A stretch of 64,000 nucleotides of DNA from Tubiluchus corallicola (Eukaryota; Animalia; Priapulida). A model generated the notes under the pieces. It made no database searches. It worked only from the letters and a program-made list of their open reading frames with translations, and was not told the DNA's origin. Within the stretch, counting starts at the first letter, position 1. Each line of letters starts with the position of its first letter. The translations under genes and the position numbers were made by a program. The stretch lies in the NCBI GenBank assembly GCA_030141605.1, contig JAQGDQ010000020.1:868001-932000 (forward strand), in the 5' to 3' direction. This document shows positions 10,412 to 25,504 of the stretch, one piece after another.

Positions 10412-13400
10412 ATTTACAATTTGTTCAGCATGTGTTTTCTTGTACCTGATACGGCATTCTGCTTGTTGGAATCCAGCTTTCAGCGAGATAATTCAAACTA
10501 CTCGGTATGTGACAAGACTGAAATCCAGCTCATGATCAGTGCTAAGCTTCCAAGAGGAGACATAAAACCTCCAATGTGTTTTATCCACGTTTGCATTTGA
10601 AAACCTATCTGTACAACTTCCTTTGAGATAAACAACAAGAGTCAGAACTTTACTCCCAGCAGAGAGTTCAGATTTTTGATGTGGTCAGTGATCACTCGTC
10701 TATTTTTTACTGACCAGTCTCGACATTGCTAGCTTCTGTCACCAAGAACGTGACTATGATCACGTGACCACTGCCAGCGCTAATTAAATTAATGCTCGTG
10801 AATATAAATATTTATATTTAACTCAGACTTTGGAGACTCTAAATGCGTATACATATATTGTATAGTACCATGCATTAATACGAGGCATTTAGTATTGAAA
10901 AAATAGTAATTCTGTGTTGCTTTTGTCTTTTGAATAATGCATGGTAAGTTAAATTGCTGAATGCATTTTTAAAATTTTAATGTGTGCTGTCAAAACTGCA
11001 CTTTTTGTGTTATTTATACTGTAATAATGTTCTTTCCCACCATTGATACAGTACATCATATTGTTTTGCAGTCCTGTCATTATTTTGTAGTTAATATTAA
11101 TGATTCTACAATAATGTCTGCGCTAAAGAATGTGCAGAAATTGCTAAATATTCAAGTTTTTTGCCTATTTAGTTGCAACTCTCAAATGAATCTCTGATAA
11201 ATGTTTAACCATCATTCTGTTATTGTTGTAAAGGCTGTAAGCTATTTCCTTGTCACTTGTGCCATGTAATGGCATGTAAATATACAGTTTTAAATGTTAT
11301 TCTAGTCGGTCTTTTATGTTGTCGTAATTTTTCTTATTCCTGCACTACTGCAGCACTGATGGACAAAAAAATAATTGTGCAGTCAAGGAATTCCATGCGT
11401 TCAAAACATCACAATTTTCTTGTAGAAATTGCGATTTCTGTGTTTTGTGGCGCAAAAGAAATGTTAGAATACCTTTTAGACTCGCTTAGTGCTAGAAGTA
11501 TTGAATATGCACTCATGTTTGGGGCAGTAACGTGTGAAGTTAGTTTTGTCTTTATTCTGTTAGAAGATGGCGCCACCATTCAGCAAATATGTAACTGGAG
11601 TCAACTGAGATGTTACCGGGGCCACTTTCATGTGGCACTTAGCAAAGTTTTTGACCAACAATTTCTACAACTTGCAAAACACAAAATATCTCGACAATTG
11701 CATTCATTAATCATCTGTTCTTTTATTCAATAGTTTAATGTGTAAACTTTTACATAGATTATTTTATTCATTGATTTATTTGTGTTTATTTTTTTGTAGA
11801 TTTACACAAGTTGTCGTCTATGCGTCAATTCAAAAAAATTAATTATTAAAACGCAAGCTTTAAGTTATTACATCGCAGGCCATATAAAAAGCTCGAATCT
11901 TTTTGCTTGAAATGTGTTTCATGTGCCAAGAACTGTAAACGTTTTAGCACAGTTTTATACGATGACAGCAAAAAATTTATTTGTCGCAATGACGGCTAAC
12001 AGTTAAGTTGCTGACTCTGTCCAAATTATTTTACCTTCGTTTTAAGACACAGTGTCACGTTTATAGCAAAATCAAAACTTTTGCCTAAACTCGGTTATCT
12101 GGACAAATTAACAGAACGTTCTGGGCGAGGCGATATGTTCCATTTAATGCCAGCCTGCCAAAAATATATACCTTACGTAGACCAACTACAACATAAATGA
12201 TTGAAATTGGTCGATTTTTTGCACAAAGGTTGACAAATGTACTGTTACTTTTTATACGTAAGTTTTTAATTGTCAAATATAAATTTTATGGTATCTATCT
12301 AAACAAATAAACAAACAAATCTTGAAACATACAAAGCGCACCACTGTTATAAGAAAGAATAATTATTTATTTATTTCATTACACATTACAAAATGTACAA
12401 ATCAAAAGTACTTATGATGACCGTGTACACAAATAAAATGTACAATCATTTTCTTAAATGAACTGAAGTAATATTGAAAAAAACAGCGATTAGAATACAG
12501 GTCTATACGTAGTTTGATGTAATCGAAATAAAGAATCGAAGTTCAATAAAGTGCGTGAAAAACTAAGGCTGTTGTCCCTGGTATGACTCCATACTGATTT
12601 TCGCCGTAACTCAGTTGTTTGATATGTTTCTCTTTACATTCTCATCTGAATCTAATTTTCATGTTCACCAGCATCTCATTCACTTTCATTGTCATTTCCT
12701 TACCCTATCACCCTGGCATTTAATTTTTCTTGCTTATTTCATTTCGCACTTTCTACATTTGTTCTTTATATTTGCCTTCTGCTCAGGCCTGTATAAGTTT
12801 ATCTTCTTGGCCTGAAGCGATATCTCAATATCTGGCGAAATTTTAATTTTTTGTAGTAGTAATAGCATGTATTATAATGTATGTATGTAACAATGTATTA
12901 TTTGTGGTATTTTGCAATAAACTAAACTAAACACGTTTGTTTAAAGAAATTTAAAAAACAAATATTCAACTCGTATTTCATAATTCTTCAACAGTACTTC
13001 ATAGTTTTTTCCTTCCTTTTATCCCAGGGAATATCATCGTCGGCAATGCAATCATTATTTGTTAATTTCAGTTTTAGATTCATATACCATCAGCAGTCGC
13101 AGCATGATGCAAGCCAGTTTGTATTCGTATAAAGTACCCAACAATTATTAATTTTATCATTTACTGAATTCATTATTACACGTGGATTGCACATTGGCGC
13201 TATCATAATAACTATAATTCTCACATCAGCTTCTGTTCTTTCTAAATATTTTAGCCATAACATTTTTTCCTTTTTATCATACTTTTGTATAAAAATTCTC
13301 CTCCTTGTTTATAATTAACATTCAGGCGCTCTTACAAGCTTTTATAAGCTTCTTGAACTGCTGCAGTAGTATTACCATAATTAAATACTAAATGCAATCA

Positions 13401-15489
13401 TTGTATCTATTAGCTTGAGCTAAAATTATGCAATGATACGTATGTATGTAAAATATATGACACTACGATATAGTGTTGATATGAAATAAATAAATCAAAA
13501 TTTAAAGATTGAAATTGTTCATTATAAGTAGCCTGTTTCTAGTTAAGTAGGCCAGATTCTTAAGCGTAACGGCTTGTTTATAAACTACACTTGCTGAAAA
13601 GTAAATAAAAAAGATTGAAAATGATTGTCCTTTTACTGGCTTTTAGTTTGCAAAAGATAATGTATCCGAGCCGATAAAAGCGCAATCGGGAGGAGTTGAC
13701 GTTCTCCAGTTGAGTACAAAATAAACAAGCTTCAATTCGCCTTGATTGCATTTTTTTTCTAATTAGGCCTTTGCTCAAGTATGCCAAGGGTAAATTAAAG
13801 AGTAAATAAACAGCGCGAAAACTTGGGACAGGTCTTAGAATACCCTAAATCGTTTCAGCGCATGATTGCTGTCAATTAGAGGGCATTTTTCACGCGCACT
13901 GGCTCCTCGTCGGCCCGGTTCACAGGCGAATCAAATTCGCATGAACGTCCATATTTGGAGTTGATAAATTACAGGTAGATGAGTTAGGTAATACATCATC
14001 CGGGCACTACAAAAGTGCCGCCCCGTGGCCTCGGTGCCTCTCAGCTACTTGTAGCATTTGCCAAGATTGAGGAATAATTGTGCGTTTGTTAGAAATTAAT
14101 GATTAATTTCAGCTACTTGACGGACTGGCGGCTTTCTTTGTATTGCAAAGGTGGTTCGATCTGTAGGTGTCTTCGAAAAATCTGTAATTTCTTCCACTCG
14201 TCGCACCTCCTTTACCTTTTCCGTTCTCCCTCCTTCTCTTTTTCTTCTTCTGCGTCTTTTCTTCTGAATCATATGGGTATCCTTTCAGATGTTCTACTGT
14301 TTTACAAAGGTTTACAGATTCTCTACTCTGAAAAGCGGGATAGTACTTTAGCGCCGCCCTGTACACCCTTAAAATAAATGGTCGGATTCGTGCTTTCTGT
14401 ACATAAAGTGCTAATTATCACAGCGGGGTAGCTTAATTAACAGTTAATTGATTGCTGCAGTGATTTATTTTAATTACTAGCAGTCATTTTCAATAGTGTT
14501 CCAAGTCAGTGTACACAATTAAGCTTGCTTTTTTGCTATATATTTAAAAAAGTTTTTAAAATGGATTAGAGTTGTAAAAGGCTACAATTAATCTCATTTT
14601 TGTGCAACATAGAAAGTACAAAGAAATTGTTAAGTTACATATATTCACTGTAACCATTATGAGCATATAGTAAAACAAAGTCTAACAAAAATAGCTCATT
14701 GTACTGCAACGCAAAAACCATATTAACGCAGTCATGTTTTTCAAATAAAGGCAAAAGTACATGTTGAAAACAGAAAATTATGTAGACAGGCTAACAAATT
14801 TACAAACATGAGTTTTTTAGTAAATTTTTCTAGTTATTTGTTAGAAATTTTTGTGTGAGCGCGTTGTATAAATGATGCATAGCAAACAAAACTGAAATGA
14901 ATAAAATAAAAATCAAATTCAAACATAAATATTGAATAAATAATGAAGGAGAAAAAAATATAAGAAAAGTGTTAATTAAATACTAATAAACAGGTTCATT
15001 AACTGGGCTAATTAATAAAGCTAATAAAACAAACCATTTTTACACTTTAGGCTTATATGCAGGATTGTGTATGTCTGAATGTTCTACTGGTTTTCACGTA
15101 CATGCCACAATGTAGGCGGTTTGTTAATCTTAACTGGACTGGAAGAAAAGCTGATTGGTTGCTGCTAATGTTCGTTGACAGAAGTTAATCAACGCTGACC
15201 TGATCAGTAAAAAAATGGGAGACCGACGGCCAATGCTCATTTAAAGTGGTTCGTTTGCGCCACCTATAAATGACTGACATGTAAGTTTTTAGATCTTCTC
15301 CATTTCAATTACTTAAGTATCTTTTGACTCTTTTCTCTATTTTTATGGAAATCACGCCATGTGTTCAGTTATTGCTGCTATGGTAAGAAATTTTAATAAA
15401 ACCCATTATTTACACATTTATTTATTTATTTGTTTTATTTTTATTTTTACTTAAAGTGATTACGATTGCAGTGTTGCCTCTTAGATTTG

Positions 15490-16030
15490 TATCAATCAAT
15501 CAATTAATTTATTTCACTCCAGCAATACATATACAGTTCATCAACATACAATATTATTGAAACAAAAAGAAACAGTATAGGTAAAAAAACGTTGATTAAC
15601 CAAATAAGAGAGTTGCTGTATGACACCTTGAAAGCTTGGCTTGTTAAGGTGGCACAAATGAGTGAATGAAAGAATGGTTAGGGTTAGTAGACATGATGGA
15701 ATGGAAAAAATAGTAAGATTAGGGATAGGAAGAAGGAAAAGAGGAGAAGAAACGACCACAGTGTATGTTTAATTTACATAGAGGTATATTAAAATAGCAT
15801 TATAATTGATTGCAGGCCATATATTGCGACTGCATGAGACATGGAACCACTAAAATTGTACTATAAGTATGAATCCAAAATGGTCCTTTTCAAGTACTTT
15901 TTGAAACTATAGTTAGCTATAGTTGTAGCTATAGAATGTGGCTAATTAGAATGTGGCTAGGACAACCCTTGCTGGTATAGTGTAGCTGTTGAAAATGATT
16001 AGTGATAATAAGATAGATACCAGTCTCGCC
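15490..16030 (-). mobile_element. Probable CR1/L2-type LINE 3' end
   Basis: Minus strand ends ...FKKYLKRTILDSYL*, followed by a UTR, AATAAA and a (TTGA)n tail. Confidence 0.45.
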
Positions 16031-16339
16031 ACAACGTTCTACGAGGTGTAGACTTTTTTCCTGGATGCTAAATTCTGACTTGCGCTGCGTCGAATTGTAG
16101 AAAACTTGATTTATGGCTGGTTAGAATGTGATTAAAGTTTTAACTGCAATAAAAACTGCTTCAACTAAAGCTATTGAGCCATTTGTAATAAGCGGCTGCT
16201 GCAGATGGATCATTCCGTCGAGGCCTAATAGGCCTATAATGAGCCTATATGGAATAATAAGCCTAATAGTGTGGTTTCTCCTTTTTTCGCCTGAACGCAG
16301 ACGAGATTTATGTGGTTTTTTTATTTTCATGTAATAAAA

Positions 16340-16543
16340 TTATTTTATTTATTATTTTATTTTATTTTGTTTTGTTTTGTTTTGTTTTGTTTTGTTTCGT
16401 TTCGTTTCGTTTCGTTTCGTTTCGTTTCGTTTCGTTTCGTTTCATTTCGTTTCATTTCATTTCATTTCATTTCATTTCATTTCATTTCATTTTATTTTAT
16501 TTTATTTTATTTTATTTTATTTTATTTTATTTTGTTTCATTTT
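16340..16543. repeat. Compound pentanucleotide microsatellite (TTTTA/TTTTG/TTTCG/TTTCA)
   Basis: Read directly from the sequence. Confidence 0.95.
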
Positions 16544-17244
16544 GTATCAGTGCGCAAGTTACCATGGTTAAACATTATTTACAAACATATGCAAATTTTT
16601 TGTCAATTCTCATAATGAGCCTTCAGAACTTGAACTAAAATAGATTGAATTTCAGTTGCGAACGCTTATTTCATTAAATTTTGAGAATTTCATCATCATA
16701 CTCATGCAGATCGCTCCGACATTCACAGCATTGCTCCCTAAGGCATCATACATCAATCCGCCATCATTCGGTGATATAAAATATTTCAGATTATTCAGCG
16801 GCACGATCCGATGATAATATAACAAAACTCTGAGATTAATCAGAGCCACTTGTCAGCATTATAATAACCATTCATTCGTTTTGATGTTCTCACATTTATT
16901 ATACCTCCTAAAAGCGCCAAATAGCCACGAGGGATTTCAAGACTATGGCGTCGTTTAGGCTATAAATGTTTTGTTACTAATCTGAATAATTTTTTCTGAG
17001 AGAAAAAATCTAGTCTTTTGTCTAAAATTTAAGACAGCTTAAGCATTGGAAGGAATAAATTTATATGGTTTTTAATCTACACAACCTAAAATTAAGTTCT
17101 TAAAAGATAAGTCCAGTTGTTTTATCTGTATAAGTTATTAACACCAAATGATGTAAAGCAAAATTTTACTTTTTTCACCTATAATCTAAATTGTAAGTTT
17201 TTGCAAATTGTAAAATGCAAATGTATTTTGTTGTCACCGGCGCA

Positions 17245-17245
<1 letters not shown>

Positions 17246-17320
<75 letters not shown>

Positions 17321-17760
17321 CAACAACAACAACATCAACAATAATTATAATAATAGTAAATAAGTGAATGTAAAATGCACTAACATTAAAAAATCGACAC
17401 ATTCATCTTACATACACAAATCCTAACACACAGTATAGAACAATAGGCTGTTATAGATAAAAATGAAATCGTAATACATGTATATAAAAGTCAGTAGAAA
17501 TCAGTACTTTAAGACAATATTAAATTTTTAATAAATTAAAAAAGCTTCTTTGTAAAGATAAGTTTTAATAAAGGATCTGCACTTTTCAACATTGGTCATT
17601 TTTGAGATCCATATGTGACTAGATTAAAACGCGATAGCACAAATGTAGATGAACTAATTGATCTAAGATGACATTAAAGCACGCATATTTCCAGTCTAAA
17701 TGACTGAAAGGTACCCTAGATTCAACCGTTAGCATTTAGTAGTAAGTGGCATATCCAAAA
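17246..17760 (-). mobile_element. Probable L2 LINE 3' end with (TTA)n tail
   Basis: Minus strand SFIKTYLYKEAF resembles the L2 ORF2 terminus FKxxLKTxLF; it is followed by a UTR and an (ATT)n tail at 17246-17355. Confidence 0.45.
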
Positions 17761-17809
17761 TGCGTTATACGTTACTGCGTAAGAATCTCTTTATATTGTT
17801 TTTAATGAA

Positions 17810-17846
<37 letters not shown>

Positions 17847-18945
17847 CAGCACTGCGTTACTGCAAATCATTTTTTCTGCACTTTTTCTTTTTGGGTTGTT
17901 TATACGCAACTGGATACGCAATAACGTATAACGCATTCCGGACGGTTGGTAAATGTCATTTTACGGCAGTTACAGGATGTCGAATTACACACACACATAC
18001 ATATATATATAATTCGCCGTTATTATATTATGTAAAGCATAACCGTAAGCCTGTTACCGTAAATTATAAGTCGATTTTACAAATAACCTCACAATTACAT
18101 TTATAAATGTTTTATTATTAAATGATAATATTTCAAGAATTCACTAGTTCTCATTTGTGACAAATATGTGACAAAATATCTAAAGAATGTTAAAATTTCA
18201 ACAACAGAGACAAGACGTTTCTTTTTGTTCTCTGTTTTCGAAATTGTAGAATTCTTTAGATAATTTGTTACAGTTCTGAGAATCAAAAGTAGTGAGTTCT
18301 AGAAACGTTATCATTTAATAATAAAAATTTTATTAATGCAATTGCGAGATTTTGCGTAAAAAAGTTTTATTCTTTATTTTAAATAATTTTCTGGCAATTA
18401 TAACTCATTTTATACAATAACTGACTTTTACAATTTACTTACGAATATTGTTGTTACGATTTGTGCAGTTTCCTAAATGCTCCTGACTTGCTACGTTTAG
18501 AGTTAAATCCTCAATAGCTTTGAATTACTCTAGCAATGAATATAAGCAGGATTAATAGCTGCATACGTCAAATGATTACTACAATCCGACTCATAATCCA
18601 CGAATCGTCCTGTATTATTCAATCATGAATTGCAGATTCTCTCTCTGGAGGACTCAACGACTTTCAATCAGTCGGATACATTTTTCATGACGGCCATCTA
18701 AGCAACGTCATTGGCTCTATTTAATTTCCAATGGTTTGGTCTTGACTGGGAAAAGTCAGTGGTTAATTTCACAGTGCAATCGATCAAACACAATGGGGTC
18801 TAATCATGCATCAAGTCGAATGAAGCCAGTCAGTTATTCCCTCGCGTCTTGGTAAGCGAAGAAGACCACAGTATTTAATCAGTAGAGTTAAATAGGCAAC
18901 AACGTCTGGCCAATGCTGGAGAAAATGGAAGCTACTAAGAATATT

Positions 18946-19072
18946 AGTAATGACATATCATTATGTTAAGTTATTGCTCGCAAACATTTTGTAATGACAT
19001 CATTACGCTAAGTTATTGCCCACAAACATTTTGTACTGACATATCAGTATGCTAAGTTATTGCCCACAAACA
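18946..19072. repeat. About 45-bp minisatellite, 3 copies
   Basis: GTAATGACATATCATTATGTTAAGTTATTGCTCGCAAACATTTT repeated with variants. Confidence 0.85.
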
Positions 19073-19184
19073 TCATTTTGCTGGAATACAGCTAAAAATG
19101 GCGCAATTTAGTCAAAATATTATTTTAGATGTTGAACGTACAGATGTAATTTAGTGTCGTAAAATGAAAACCGCGAGTCACCGC

Positions 19185-19690
19185 AAGAAAAAAAGATGGA
19201 AAAGGAGAGAAAAGAAAAAAGAAAAGGAAATAGTAAGAAAGAAAAAGTAAATATAAGAAAAACATGAAAAATAAAGAAAAATGAGAAAAGGTGAAAAGAA
19301 AGGGAGAGAAGAAGAGAGGGCAAGTAAAGAGAAAGAGGGGAAAGGAAAGCCAAGAAAAGGGAAGAGAAGGGAACGGAACGGAACGCACCGCAACGGAAAG
19401 GAAAGGAAAGGAAAGGAAAGGAAGGAAGGGAAAGCGACGACACAGAACAAAACGGAAGGGAACAGAATGGGAAAACCTGAAGGAAACGTACGGAAAAGGT
19501 ATGACAGAATAAGAAAGAAAAGGAAAGGAAAAAAGAAATGAAAGGAAAAAAAGAAAAAGAGGGAAGGAAAGAAAAGAAAATGAGGTAAAACAGAAAGAAA
19601 GAGAAGTAAAAAACGCAAAAATAGTCAAAGCAAAAAACAGAAAAACAGGAAACAAAAATTGAGAAATAAATTGACGAGGAGGAAAAAATG
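19185..19690. repeat. Polypurine low-complexity tract (GGAAA/GAAAA)
   Basis: Read directly from the sequence. Confidence 0.85.
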
Positions 19691-20525
19691 CTAAATTTTG
19701 AAGCATCATTATCTTAAATTGATTAAAAAGTTAAGGTTTAGTAGGCCTACTAAAACACATAATCGATGAAGAAATTCCGGCGGAAACTGCATTTTGCAAA
19801 GGCCAAATTTCCCACGTTAGGATGCACGCCATAAATTACATTCATAACATTATTAAGGGATGTTTAGGCAGCTATGTATACAATTTAATCTCAAGTGAGT
19901 TTGTTCAGATATAGCAACTGAAAACTCAACTTGTTTTATAGATAAAGTAAATTCATTTATGTACTATACATGTGTGTACAAATTACAGAAGAATTCGGGT
20001 ATTTACTATAACACGTGTGCACAATCGGAATTGGTACAAGCTGGGAAACCGATACCGTATCAATATTCAACAAATAATTGCTGTCAATATCAAGCCAATA
20101 ATCGATTGATCTGATGCCGAAACTCAGGTAATTAATGTACCTGTCGTGTATCGCTTAGATACAGGTGTATGTTGATATTTCATCGAACTTTGCCCGTCGC
20201 AAATACCAGTGTCATACACACAGCTGAGCTTTATTATATTAGAATCATTAATTTTCAAATGCACGTTTGTGTTAGGCTTGAATCACCTGTAGACCAAAAT
20301 TAATCAGCAAAAAAACTCGCATATCTTACTTAAGATTCTTAATTTCTGAGACTGTACAACCAAATTTTATAAGTATATCACATTGCAGAACTAAAAGACC
20401 TATTGTATAGGTCATTTTAATATTTAATATGCATAATGTAAATATTAATTATGTAGTAATAGCTGTTTCAAAGTACAATGATTAAAATTTTAGAAACTCT
20501 GCTTTTTAAATTTGAAATATCATTA

Positions 20526-21182
<657 letters not shown>

Positions 21183-22509
21183 AATTGATAAAAGAGATCT
21201 CAACTTCCTTCATGCACCGCTCTCTTCAAGGTTAAAGAGTTGAGAAAAGAACAAAAAAGACGTTCTGAGACTTTCGCCTAATGATAGATTTCTCCTTTCC
21301 AATAAAGCCCAACAAAAGCTCAACTATTACTCAATGTCTTTGCTCATAATGCTCAATTGTTTGCAATATTTACATTTAAATGGCCGCCATAATACACTGT
21401 TGTTGTAGTAAAAATGCTGTTTTTCAAATCACAATTTTGCGCTCATAATGTTCTCATTTCATCACTTCACGTTCCAATCCATCCCTCTTATTTCCATATC
21501 ACCAAAGAAGAGTGTCAGGCGGTGGATGGGAAATTGAAACAGGGATGCTTTGTGTGGCAACATCCATCTTCCAGGAAGCTGAGGAAAGAGTAACTCGTTA
21601 CCCGGAATTAATCGCCGCCATTTGTAATTCGGAGTGAATTTAATGTTTAAATTGTAATTGATCTTACCGGTAGGTGACGGGTTTTTCTTTGTGAAGGGAA
21701 AACTGATTGCAACGCCGTCTATGCGCAAAATTGATTAACAGTTGAAGGACGAAGACGTTCGAAGCAATGACGACAACGAGGAGGGAAACTTGAGCGCGAT
21801 TTTAACTGCAACCACAATAGCTATAGAGGACCTAAACTATGAAAATCATTACCCCTCAATGTAAGGCGACAGTACAACATTTATCGTTTCAAATCGTCAG
21901 TTAAACAATACCTGTCTGCTGCTTATATAAATTAGTGTCCATATCACCTATTGTTCCTGTGTAACACACGAAGTCATAACCTTGTGTTCTTTTTGTAGTG
22001 AAACCCAGAGTGCTTTCTGATCTCATTGAGCTGAATCTTGACAAGCCACTACATCCATTTGAACATTCTTTTATCCGTCACTCCTGTCCTTGTTTTGCAG
22101 AACTTTATCATTTTAAACTGCTTAACGTCCTCTTTTTTGTTATTTTTTTCAATTATTATTTGAACGTGCTTACAACGGCGCAAGCATCTAACAAGCTTTC
22201 ACTTCTGGTTCTTGGCATCAATGATATGTCGCATCATAGTTATTAATATTAATTGCATATTTTTTTCACTGTTTCTTTAGATTGTATAACTGTATTTTCA
22301 AACAAAAAAATTGCTATGAATAAAAAACGGCTGGAGGGTATGGACCAAGAGATGCACATGATGACTACAGTCGTTATCTCGTCACAAAGCTTTTCACTAG
22401 CTACAAAATGTGACCAAAAAAAACTGTAATCATAAAATTTTAACTCATCATCCCCAAAATGGACCTAAAAGCGGCTACTTAACTTCCCAACACTTGAAAT
22501 GCACATTAG

Positions 22510-23040
22510 CGCTAAGCTTCCTAACTCTTTGTGTTGGTAAAACGCTACTATGAGCATTTACTACTAAAGTTCAAAACCCTATGTACTGCTAAAATGCTTC
22601 TATGAGCATTTACTAAACTTCTTAACTCTTTGTGCAGTTAAATATTAGCATTTAAGTGTTTTCTAATCTGTGACATGTTCGTTCTTGTTCTGCTAAAATG
22701 ATAGCACGAGTATTTACTAAACTTTTTAATTCTTGTACTGCTAAAATAATAACCTAAGTATTTACTAAACCTTTTAACTTTTATACTGCTAAAATGATAG
22801 CATGACTATTTACTAAACTTTTTAATTCTTGTACTGCTAAAAAATAGCATAAATATTTACTAAACCTTTTAACTCTTTTACTGCTAAAACGATGGCATGA
22901 GTATTTACTAAACTTCTTAGCTCTTGCACTACTAAATTGATAGCATGCGTATTTATTAAACTTCTTAACTTTTGCACTGCTAAAATGGCAATTTTCTATG
23001 CTCATTTTCGAAATCTCCTAACTCTTGAAATCTTAAAATG
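22510..23040. repeat. 48-bp minisatellite, about 10 diverged copies
   Basis: Unit TACTGCTAAAATGATAGCATGACTATTTACTAAACTTTTTAATTCTTG. Confidence 0.9.
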
Positions 23041-25379
23041 TTACTGTAGACTATACTATGACCGCTAAATGTACTATTTACCCTGTCATTAGACAATCAA
23101 GTCATTAAGCTCTCACCATTCATTACAAAGTTTAATTACTACCTGCTGCAAACGTCTACACATTACTAGCTGACCACTGGTCAGTAGTTTGGGCAGCTGT
23201 CTTGTAAGTGAAGTTTAAACGACTCTACTTGGTTTAACTTTAATGGGAGTAATAAATCTTTTCAGACGTGAGGCGTGGTGAACCTCGCAACGCGCTTGTC
23301 TAGGAAAAGATTCTTGAAATAGTTAACATTCAGGTGTTCATTTAACTGCATTATGACATCTACGTTATGTAGTCGTTTGTTAGTCATTTGGTCAGTCGGT
23401 TGGTCGGTATGTTTTCCAATTTGTTAACTGGAATTATCAGTCTGCTTTTTCAAAAAAAAATTGCATAGCAACTAGCAAAGTTTGCGTGAGCTTTGTCTGT
23501 TTGCTATTTTCATATATTTTGGCATACTGCAAACTCAGTTGATCGATTTTGTTAGGCAATCAGTTAGTTTACCTAGTTTATTAAATTGTTTGTTGATTGT
23601 TTGGATGGTCGGTTAGTTGGTTACTTGACTGGTCAGTCGGCTGACCCGTCAAGCAATCGATTGGTTAGTTGGTTGGTTGGTTTGTCGGTCCGTCGGTCGG
23701 TCACTCGCTCGCTCAGTCAGTCGGTTGGTTGGTCTTTTCTCGATCTGTCGGATACTGGGTCATTTCAATGGTTGGTTGGTTTTTTGTTAGTTACTAAGCT
23801 GGTTTATTGGTTAGCTAATGAACAGTCGGCTGTGCTATAAGGTTGTCAGTTAGTTGTTTAATTGCCATCAGTTTAAGGCCTATAGCTGATATTAAAGGCT
23901 TTTTAACACATATTCTGATTACACAAAGAATTCATAGTTATTTTTGCACTAAAGAAACTTTCAAATTACATAACTTACCTTTTTCTGGCAAATTTCGAAA
24001 ACGTGCATTGCTGTAAAGATCGCCATGTTTCGCGTCTCTTGTACGAGTTAAAGAAAATGGCGTAGTGCAGAAAGAACTTTTGGTGCCGATATTTGTTTGC
24101 AGAACTTTTGGTGACCACGTGGCTGTTTTCATAACGTCATTTGTCTCGCGCACCGAAAAATAGCGGCTCTTCAAATTTAATATCGCTAACAGCAGAGTGA
24201 TAAAAAATCAAAAGAAACAAGTTTTACAATAAATTTATAAATTGAATATTCGAATGAGAGTAGGATTTTATGTTTTAAAAGCTTATATTATAGTGAGGCT
24301 GAAATTTGACTTTAAATAAACAGTCCATGTTAATGAAAAACGATACCGTGTGTTTAAGTTTTTCAGCCACTATTGAACTAGTTTCGTTAATCGAGGATCC
24401 CCTGGTTAAAAAGATTTTTCCTCTTGTCAGAACATTTTGTGTAAGAGCAAAACCCACATGTCTGGTATTCTAAGTTTGGGTTCTCGATGGTCATTTAAAG
24501 CGACCACTGGGCAAATTGCCTGAACTGCTAAATCAAGTCCAAATCTCTTGCCATCCAGTAGAAACCATAATGTTCGAACTTTGAACATCGGCGGCAACAG
24601 TGCTATGACATACCTATGTCAAACAAGCCCTCATTGTCCCTGTCACAGCCAAACTCATTTGTTACTGCCCTACCTGACAGCTACACGAGTGAGGGGCGGA
24701 TGTGGCAAATTCATTCAGCATGCAAGACAAGTCGTTATAGGTGTCAGTAGTGTCGCGGTTAATCAGTCACCATCATTTAAAAGAAATCAGTCTAGCGGCG
24801 GTCAGTGAGACGTTGTGATATGTTGAAAGTTTGCCAGGCTATCAGCTGCTGTCAATGAAATGAAAATCATTTGAAAAGAAATTAAATATGCTAAAATTCA
24901 CATGCTCATAGATATTAATATGCTAAATGATGTAGAAGAATCACGTAGTCGTAGGTATACTTTATAAAGCTGCTTTAATAGTTTTAGTGATCTACACTTT
25001 TCTCAAATTAGCTGCCAACTAATTAAGATATCCTTAGATTATAACCGTATTTGTTTGACAGTGATCTCTGGCAATCAGAGTTATAATCTAATTAATTAAT
25101 TTTAGAGATTTAATTAATCATCTCTGTAAGGTCTTATTTCAGTGATTTTCAATGTATTTTAATTGCAAATAACGATTAATATATTCATATATTAAGTGCT
25201 CTAATTGAAGATTTTGTGTATAAAGGTACAATAAAATATTTTTATTGTTCGACGTTTAAGAAAAGACAATACCGTATAAGAGTTACGTATAAAAAATTAA
25301 TAAACTTAAGCAAACTAAAAAAACACTTCGTTCGATTGTTCGTTAGTCTTTCTCAAATAATAAAAACAAATGTAAAACA

Positions 25380-25452
25380 CAGTTAGCATAGCTGCCAGGA
25401 AAGCAGAAGGCATCGGGTTCGAGTTCGAGTCCATGTGGAGTGAAATTATTTT
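25380..25452 (+). mobile_element. tRNA-derived SINE head fragment
   Basis: B-box-like GGGTTCGAGT(TCGAGT)CC preceded by a CTGC...GCAG stem. Confidence 0.45.
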
Positions 25453-25504
25453 TCAAAGTTAATGAGTTAATGTGTTTGAAATGCTGCAAATATGAGAAAG
25501 GTCT

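Noticed and set aside
11257-11733. 158-aa ORF
   Set aside because: No recognisable motif or convincing splice partners; likely chance or old repeat.
22510-23040. Regular 48-bp array as a possible CRISPR
   Set aside because: Whole units repeat without unique spacers, and there are no cas genes.
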